In this document: piece by piece, positions 51,680 to 56,916 of the stretch
Layout of the letters: every line of letters starts with the position of its first letter
Numbering within the stretch: the first letter of the stretch is position 1
Virus record (IMG/VR): IMGVR_UViG_3300006226_000001
Coordinates: 1 to 56,916 of that record
DNA length: 56,916 nucleotides
Source: a virus
Strand: one strand, 5' to 3'
Position numbers and translations under genes: made by a program
The notes under the pieces: generated by a model
Databases searched by the model: none
Told to the model about the DNA's origin: nothing
What the model saw: only the letters and a program-made list of their open reading frames with translations

Positions 51680-52098
51680 TCTGCCTCCTTTAATTGTGGC
51701 GCATTCGCCGTAATTAACAGCTCTGGGTGCTGATAGATGTTGCCGATGATACTACCTTCGTAGATAACATCTAAATCTGCAACTAATCCGCCTAAATATG
51801 TATCATTTTCTTGGAAAGTTGATATCATAAAAGCTGCTTCTTTCCAGCATACTTGGGTTATATGTTCAATTGTTTCAATGTCTGTTACTTCTAATACTTC
51901 CAAAATATCCCCCTCGTAAATCAGCTGTTCGTTTTTGTCTTTTAAGCCTGTGCATTGCATAGGGATATATTTTTCTGTATCGAAATGGTCGCCATCAATA
52001 TTTGGGTATTGAACCATAAAATTTTGTGGCATAGTTACGTTTTCGTGCATATATTTTTTATCTTTGTTCCAAATTCGTATTCTAAACCTATCGTTCAT
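51676..52098 (-). CDS. YopX-family protein
   Basis: MQCTGLKDKNEQLIYEGDIL...IIGNIYQHPELL. Confidence 0.8.
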   Translation of the reverse strand: MNDRFRIRIWNKDKKYMHENVTMPQNFMVQYPNIDGDHFDTEKYIPMQCTGLKDKNEQLIYEGDILEVLEVTDIETIEHITQVCWKEAAFMISTFQENDTYLGGLVADLDVIYEGSIIGNIYQHPELLITANAPQLKEAE

Positions 52099-52109
52099 TC
52101 TGCCTCCTT

Positions 52110-52517
52110 TTATTGTGGCACATTCTCCATAATTAAATCTGGGTTTTCGTAGATGTTGCCGATGATTTCTAAATATTGTATAACATCACTATTTAGAATT
52201 ATATCTCCTACCCATGGATTCCAAATGAAACAAGCGGCTTCATCAGTTCCACCCCATATTACATTAGCACGATGTGTTTTGCTGAATATAGCTCCTTCTT
52301 CGTTTTGCAGGATATCCCCCTCGTAAATCAGCTTGCCGTTTTTGTCTTTTAGCCCGGTGCATTGCATTATGGTAGGTTGTTCATACTTCCAATCATCATC
52401 TAACCACCATGAAAAACTTGCTTTGTCGTCTAACAAATCATAATAATGTTGGTCAAACTGAATATCATAATACATTTTACCATCAAAAAATGCCCTATAT
52501 CTGTGCCTGTCGTTCAT
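52110..52517 (-). CDS. YopX-family protein (paralogue)
   Basis: MQCTGLKDKNGKLIYEGDIL...IIGNIYENPDL. Confidence 0.8.
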   Translation of the reverse strand: MNDRHRYRAFFDGKMYYDIQFDQHYYDLLDDKASFSWWLDDDWKYEQPTIMQCTGLKDKNGKLIYEGDILQNEEGAIFSKTHRANVIWGGTDEAACFIWNPWVGDIILNSDVIQYLEIIGNIYENPDLIMENVPQ

Positions 52518-52535
52518 TCTGCCTCCTTTGGCTTT

Positions 52536-52718
52536 TCAATCTTCATTGCTATAGTATTTGCAAGAATAGTATTCTTTTTCTTCTTCGATATGCTTTCTTT
52601 TTGGGTGTCTGCAATAGTGAAAACTCGTAAGACCACCACCAATCCCACTGCCCCATGCACTTCCAGAATATCTGCAACTTTCACATAATGAAACATCTCT
52701 TGAGCTATCTGTATTCAT
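52536..52718 (-). CDS. Cys-rich small protein (60 aa)
   Basis: Begins at the conserved AAGGAGGCAGAATGA junction. CESC...YCRH...SCKY. Preferred over the overlapping 52514..52696 frame. Confidence 0.5.
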   Translation of the reverse strand: MNTDSSRDVSLCESCRYSGSAWGSGIGGGLTSFHYCRHPKRKHIEEEKEYYSCKYYSNED

Positions 52719-53371
52719 TCTGCCTCCTTTGGTTTCTCTGTCCGTTTAAAAGTGATGACTGCAACAAATGGGTTTGTGTCCCAGCCGTAGCCTTTCTTGT
52801 TGTTTAGGGTGTCCCAGATGTTTGCAAATTCTGTTAATGCCTTACAGGTGTTTTCAGGTTTATTTTCCCATTTAAAAAACAAGGATCCCTCTCTTATTAT
52901 GTCGCAGACCTCTATCTCTTGCAATTTCTCTACCCGCACATCCGTCACTTCGAGAAATATGCGAGCTGCTTTTTTTGGCATGTAGCGGGGGGATTTCCAT
53001 TTATAATTACGATATTCGGGTAAATAATCTGCCTTGAAATCATACTTGACATCAATACATTGGTGCGTCTTGTAATCATAAGGATAATAGGGGAAAAAAG
53101 CCTCTTTCACATACAGGATGTCGCCGACTTTGTATTTTGGAACAACGGGAAAATTTACCCATTCTATGTCTGGAACTCCATAGTGGTAAAAGTCCATTAC
53201 CTCCTTGCCTCCATACACTGTTCCGTCCTTTGGGTCTTGATGATTAAACACTACATCATCTGGTATTTCTACATCTCCGTCTGGCTGTGGCTTTATCACC
53301 CTCCTCGTCTGCGTCTTCCTGCCATCGAGAATAGCCTTGACCATCTCTGTGCTAAATTGGATTGGTTTCAT
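52715..53371 (-). CDS. ASCH-like domain protein
   Basis: Start set to ATG 53371 (RBS AGGAGGCACG). MKPIQFSTEMVKAILDGRKTQTRRVIKPQP. Confidence 0.6.
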   Translation of the reverse strand: MKPIQFSTEMVKAILDGRKTQTRRVIKPQPDGDVEIPDDVVFNHQDPKDGTVYGGKEVMDFYHYGVPDIEWVNFPVVPKYKVGDILYVKEAFFPYYPYDYKTHQCIDVKYDFKADYLPEYRNYKWKSPRYMPKKAARIFLEVTDVRVEKLQEIEVCDIIREGSLFFKWENKPENTCKALTEFANIWDTLNNKKGYGWDTNPFVAVITFKRTEKPKEAE

Positions 53372-53379
53372 CGTGCCTC

Positions 53380-53568
53380 CTATGGTGCGATACCAGAGTC
53401 CCAATCATCATCGTATTTTTCATACTCTGAAACCCAATCATCATAATTTTCCCCTGTCAATAATCTGACTACTTGGTCGATAACCCATTGTTTATGGTGG
53501 TCTCCGTCTATTCCCCAATAGTCTAAAATGACTTCAAGAGCTTTGTCTATTTTTTCTTTGTCGTTCAT
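53380..53568 (-). CDS. Hypothetical small protein (62 aa)
   Basis: ORF track; conserved junction at the start. Confidence 0.6.
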   Translation of the reverse strand: MNDKEKIDKALEVILDYWGIDGDHHKQWVIDQVVRLLTGENYDDWVSEYEKYDDDWDSGIAP

Positions 53569-53858
53569 TCTGCCTCCTTTGACAATTCAAGACATTCGTC
53601 ACATTTGATGTTTTTTGAGACCTCATTCACAGTCAATCTCTTTGAAAAAATTTCACAGAAATTATATCTATAATGGTTGCAAGACACCCAATTAGATTGG
53701 TCTATATCTATTGAACAATAACAACCAATCGGTATTTTGATTTTCGGTGCAATTGTTGTCGTCACTAAATCTCGTTTTACTTGTAATGCTTCATCAAGTT
53801 GCTCTTTTAGAGATTTAATAAGCTCGTCCACTTTGTCTATTTTTTCTTGGTTACTCAT
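53565..53858 (-). CDS. Hypothetical protein (97 aa), Cys-containing
   Basis: ORF track; conserved junction at both ends. Confidence 0.6.
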   Translation of the reverse strand: MSNQEKIDKVDELIKSLKEQLDEALQVKRDLVTTTIAPKIKIPIGCYCSIDIDQSNWVSCNHYRYNFCEIFSKRLTVNEVSKNIKCDECLELSKEAE

Positions 53859-54127
53859 TCTGCCTCCAAATCAAAAGGCTCGTGTCCTGCTGAATACCTG
53901 ATAAATCTACCATTTCCATCATGAACCAGTTCGTCAATTTGACCATCTGTGTCTTGATAGAATATTCTTTGATGTAAATATCCCATCAGCCAATGGTCTG
54001 CTGTTATCTTTGCTACTACCCGTTCTGCATCGTTGGTCACTGTCATATTGTTTTCGTGACCGTCATCTATAATGTAAACATAGTCTTTGGTGATTTGTTT
54101 CTCAAAATAACTTGCTTTTTGTGCCAT
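53855..54127 (-). CDS. Hypothetical protein (90 aa)
   Basis: ORF track; RBS AGGAGACAGA. Confidence 0.6.
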   Translation of the reverse strand: MAQKASYFEKQITKDYVYIIDDGHENNMTVTNDAERVVAKITADHWLMGYLHQRIFYQDTDGQIDELVHDGNGRFIRYSAGHEPFDLEAE

Positions 54128-54135
54128 TCTGTCTC

Positions 54136-54345
54136 CTATAAATCAGCAATTACTTTAGCTATTTCTTGTCTTATTTCCTCAGCCTCTTTTTCTGCTGTGG
54201 CTTTTTCCTCATCGGTCTGCTTTGAATATCTACCACATTTATCGCAGTAGACACATATTTCCCCGTAGGACTCTTCCAGATTTTGGCAGTCATCTATTAT
54301 GGCTCTTGAAATGTGGATTGTTGCGTTTCCAAGTGTGTGGTTCAT
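54136..54345 (-). CDS. Hypothetical small protein with CxxC (69 aa)
   Basis: ORF track; RBS GGAGGGCACAATG. Confidence 0.55.
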   Translation of the reverse strand: MNHTLGNATIHISRAIIDDCQNLEESYGEICVYCDKCGRYSKQTDEEKATAEKEAEEIRQEIAKVIADL

Positions 54346-54560
54346 TGTGCCCTCCCCATAACTCTGTCCATTATTTTATAAAAACAATTATTAGTTTTTA
54401 CCATATTGCTGGTGGCGCAGACGCCCTCTAAATATCCTGTCCAATAGGATATTTTACTATTGATAATTATCCTTTCGGTCTCGTCTTTGTATTCAATCTC
54501 GGATAAATTTTTGATGTGCCTTTCAGCGACATCGTGTAATAGTTTTTGTCTTTTAGTCAT
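54342..54560 (-). CDS. Hypothetical protein (72 aa)
   Basis: ORF track; ATGA coupling. Confidence 0.55.
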   Translation of the reverse strand: MTKRQKLLHDVAERHIKNLSEIEYKDETERIIINSKISYWTGYLEGVCATSNMVKTNNCFYKIMDRVMGRAQ

Positions 54561-54757
54561 TGTGTCTCCTTTAAATTTTCCAGAAATTTCATTCCATCGA
54601 TGTAGCCTCTGTTGTAGGTGATTGACTTTTTTAATTCCGTTATTTGTTCTAGTGAGTAATGCTCACGAATATAGGAATGAAGTGTCATTTTGTGATTTTG
54701 GATGGCTATTTCTACTCTGTTGATTTCTCTTTCGATTTCATTTTTTATGTCGTTCAT
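54557..54757 (-). CDS. Hypothetical small protein, paralogue of 49361..49561
   Basis: IEREINRVEIAI...NRGYIDGMKFL versus IEREINKIKDAI...NREYIRGYLDGLRFL. Confidence 0.6.
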   Translation of the reverse strand: MNDIKNEIEREINRVEIAIQNHKMTLHSYIREHYSLEQITELKKSITYNRGYIDGMKFLENLKETQ

Positions 54758-54758
54758 T

Positions 54759-54986
54759 TTAAACTCCTTTTAGGTAAATTATCATCTCGGCAATGTTTTC
54801 TGTTTTGAACAATACTTCGTTGTTTATTGCCCTGAAATAATGCCATTCAGTCTTTAAATCTTTTGTCAGGTGATATTTTACACCGAATTTGTTTTCTATG
54901 TCGATGTAGATATCGTTTGTCTTTGACCTTTTGTAGAAACCTAAATCAGATAAAATCTTTGGTATCCGCCTCATGTCAATGTTCAT
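54759..54986 (-). CDS. Hypothetical protein (75 aa)
   Basis: ORF track; RBS GAGAGGG. Confidence 0.55.
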   Translation of the reverse strand: MNIDMRRIPKILSDLGFYKRSKTNDIYIDIENKFGVKYHLTKDLKTEWHYFRAINNEVLFKTENIAEMIIYLKGV

Positions 54987-55195
54987 CTTGCCCTCTCTTT
55001 TAATTTTAGTCTAACAAATTCTTTTTCAAACATATTCAGTAGGTATGCAACCTCGTGCAACGATAACTCGTCAACCAAGTGGTCCCATGCCTTCCATAAT
55101 GTCCAAACCTCGTTAGAAATCGAAATATATTTTTTCTTTCCGTTTTCAATCTGCTCTGCGAGACTGATAAATGTGTTGAAATCTTTCCAGCTCAT
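54983..55195 (-). CDS. Hypothetical protein (70 aa)
   Basis: ORF track; ATGA overlap with the cysH-like stop. Confidence 0.55.
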   Translation of the reverse strand: MSWKDFNTFISLAEQIENGKKKYISISNEVWTLWKAWDHLVDELSLHEVAYLLNMFEKEFVRLKLKERAR

Positions 55196-55965
55196 TTGTC
55201 CTCCGTTTCAAGCCTTCTTTCACCTTGCTTGAACTTTTCATAATATTCTGGGTGGTAATATTTTAACCATTCACCATAACCATATTTGTCAGTAAAGTCC
55301 ATTCCGTTCCAAGTTCCGTCTCTTAAATGTTCAAGATTTGTTACTCCTAAATTTTGATAATAAACTGGGTGTATCGGAATATTAAATAACAGCAACAGGC
55401 ACAGAGTTTCCTCAGCAGTCCACCGCAGCACAGGACAACAACGCCAACTTCCATCTGCAATTTGGTATACACTGCCTTTTTTATATCCTGTAATTCTTCT
55501 GACCATACTTTCTTTCATACGGATACCCATTATAACACCATCAACATTGTCTTTTTTCATTGCCTCGTCAATCAACCTCATTTTCAATCCTGCGGGGTAT
55601 TCTAATCTACCCAGCAGGAAAGCCTCTATGTCCCACCAGTATTTCACATCGTTCCATTTATTTGGAAATACTTTTTTTAACTTTTCAATGTGTTCATCTC
55701 TACCTGGTAATGGGTCAACATAGTTTGCACAATAAATAGGGATACTTGGGTCGACTTGATTTACCAATACAACAGATGCAGTGCTGTCTTTTCCGCCTCC
55801 GCAACTAATAGCAGGTTTTTTTGATAACACTAAAAACATCTCAATGTCTCTTAGGGACTCATCGATTTTGTTTTGGAACATCTGTGTTTTTCCTAATGCT
55901 ATTAGGTCATTAATTCTTTTTTCAGATAACACTTTTTGTTTGTTTTTTAGTTCGTCAAATCTCAT
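55192..55965 (-). CDS. PAPS-reductase-family (CysH-like) PP-loop protein
   Basis: PP-loop SCGGGKDSTASVVLV. 257 aa. ATGA overlap with the upstream Cas5-like gene. Confidence 0.8.
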   Translation of the reverse strand: MRFDELKNKQKVLSEKRINDLIALGKTQMFQNKIDESLRDIEMFLVLSKKPAISCGGGKDSTASVVLVNQVDPSIPIYCANYVDPLPGRDEHIEKLKKVFPNKWNDVKYWWDIEAFLLGRLEYPAGLKMRLIDEAMKKDNVDGVIMGIRMKESMVRRITGYKKGSVYQIADGSWRCCPVLRWTAEETLCLLLLFNIPIHPVYYQNLGVTNLEHLRDGTWNGMDFTDKYGYGEWLKYYHPEYYEKFKQGERRLETEDK

Positions 55966-56642
55966 CGAAAACCTATCCCTACAGTCAAATTAATCTCATC
56001 GCCGACCTCAAATCCGTATTGCCTGCCTGCCGACATCCAATATGGTGGGTGCATTTGAAGTTTATTGTTTGATTTATTAAAGCAAAACGCATCTGGTATT
56101 CTTCTGCGAGCTTTTCCATTGTCTATTAATACACTTCTGAATTCTGCTTCGATTTTATCTATTGTCCAATCTACAACTGCTCCATTGCCATTTTTCCGCC
56201 ATCCACCAATTTGTTTAACTCTACTTAATAACCTCATTAACTCTTTCTCATCTTTTATAACCGCATAAAAATATGCCTCTGGTGTTAAAACGGTGGTTCC
56301 AGTCATCATTCTATCTTTCATTGGACCACTGCCTGGTGAATGTTGCCTTTGCAGATATAGAATATCAATCGGGTCAGTTCTTTTGGTCTGGGTAATTGTT
56401 GAAATAACAGCATCAGATGGGAATTCTAATGCAGTGCAACCCCATACCCATGTAGAGAAACAATAAGCAGATGCAAGTGGCAGGGGTATATTTTTTAAAT
56501 TACCCCTGTCTGTATCTGTCCTTGTAGGCTTATAATCGGTGTGTAATGCAGGGTGACATCCCATTAAAACTGCATCCAAATGCAATGGGGAGTGCATAAC
56601 AATAGCCGATGACATCTTTGCAGTAATTTTTACTACTTCCAT
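55962..56642 (-). CDS. csf3: Cas5-family RAMP protein (type IV Csf3-like)
   Basis: 226 aa. N-terminal VKITAKMSSAIVMHSPLHLDAVLMG, glycine-rich loop QIGGWRKNGNGAV. TAATG overlap with the Cas7-like stop. Confidence 0.55.
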   Translation of the reverse strand: MEVVKITAKMSSAIVMHSPLHLDAVLMGCHPALHTDYKPTRTDTDRGNLKNIPLPLASAYCFSTWVWGCTALEFPSDAVISTITQTKRTDPIDILYLQRQHSPGSGPMKDRMMTGTTVLTPEAYFYAVIKDEKELMRLLSRVKQIGGWRKNGNGAVVDWTIDKIEAEFRSVLIDNGKARRRIPDAFCFNKSNNKLQMHPPYWMSAGRQYGFEVGDEINLTVGIGFR

Positions 56643-56789
56643 TATAATACCCTTTCAGAATATTTTAACAAGAGAGCCTTTATATCGGTTTCTGCTAACC
56701 AATCTTGATATAGATATTTTGAAATATCAAGATTTAAATAGGGGTCAATCTCAAGTTCAATATCACCGAAACCGACCGCAGACTTTCCG
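56642..56789 (-). CDS. csf2: Cas7-family RAMP protein (Csf2-like), 3' end of the junction-spanning ORF whose 5' part is 1..719
   Basis: The ORF-track entry 56642..56851 is only the part following an internal Met. C-terminal LGGKSAVGFGDIELEI glycine-rich loop. Confidence 0.7.
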
Positions 56790-56916
56790 CCAAGTGTAGT
56801 TAACATTTCAAATCCGTGTCTAATACAGGATATTTCTAAATCGGTAGCCATCGGTTGAAAACTGATTTTTGTTTTCAGTATCGTTCCAGTTGCTAATGCC
56901 TCAACTGTATATGGCA
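56790..56916. repeat. Direct terminal repeat, copy 2 (identical to 1..127)
   Basis: 127/127 identity with the window start. Confidence 0.97.

Noticed and set aside
56642-56851. A stand-alone 69-aa ORF at the right end of the window
   Set aside because: Its Met is internal. The frame continues upstream through the terminal repeat into 1..719, so it is the C-terminus of the 288-aa protein.

Overview
The window is a closed genome: bases 1-127 are identical to 56790-56916, giving a unit length of 56,789 bp. It is a tailed dsDNA phage with a contractile tail. The plus strand (10.0-39.5 kb) carries a lambda-type packaging and head module: Nu1-like TerS, GpA-type TerL, gpW, lambda-family portal, S49 protease/scaffold, decoration protein and gpE-type capsid. 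This is joined to a P2-type tail and baseplate: sheath, tube, frameshifted chaperone, tape measure, gpX, gpD, M15 peptidase, gpV, gpU, gpW/gp25, gpJ, gpI and a tail-collar fibre. Extra adhesin-like genes follow (BspA-type LRR protein, B-repeat proteins), then small membrane proteins and a ParB-like/Dam pair. The minus strand runs from 9.2 kb down through the junction to 39.6 kb. It is a long early/replication region of mostly small, translationally coupled genes. Recognisable products are an XRE regulator, primase-helicase, ATP-dependent DNA ligase, PAPS-reductase-like protein, Gp37/Gp68, two YopX, an ASCH-like protein, a serine recombinase, an RHH protein, an SF2 helicase, VRR-NUC and two SLOG/DUF2493 proteins. 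An oppositely oriented recombination island (Cas4-like nuclease, RecT, SMC-like ATPase) sits at 44.4-47.7 kb. The main finding is a CRISPR-array-less, type IV-B-like Cas effector module (Csf1-like, Cas7/Csf2-like, Cas5/Csf3-like, cysH-like) that straddles the window edge. Its Cas7-like gene is absent from the ORF track and only appears when the 127-bp terminal repeat is used to circularise the sequence. Other notable signals are families of conserved hairpin/RBS junction cassettes between early genes, two palindrome-rich non-coding control regions (candidate ori and cos), and a repeat domain split across two ORFs by a 53-nt stop-containing GC hairpin. I saw no tRNA, rRNA, CRISPR array, reverse transcriptase or tyrosine integrase. 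All functional calls rest on motifs read by eye, not on database searches.
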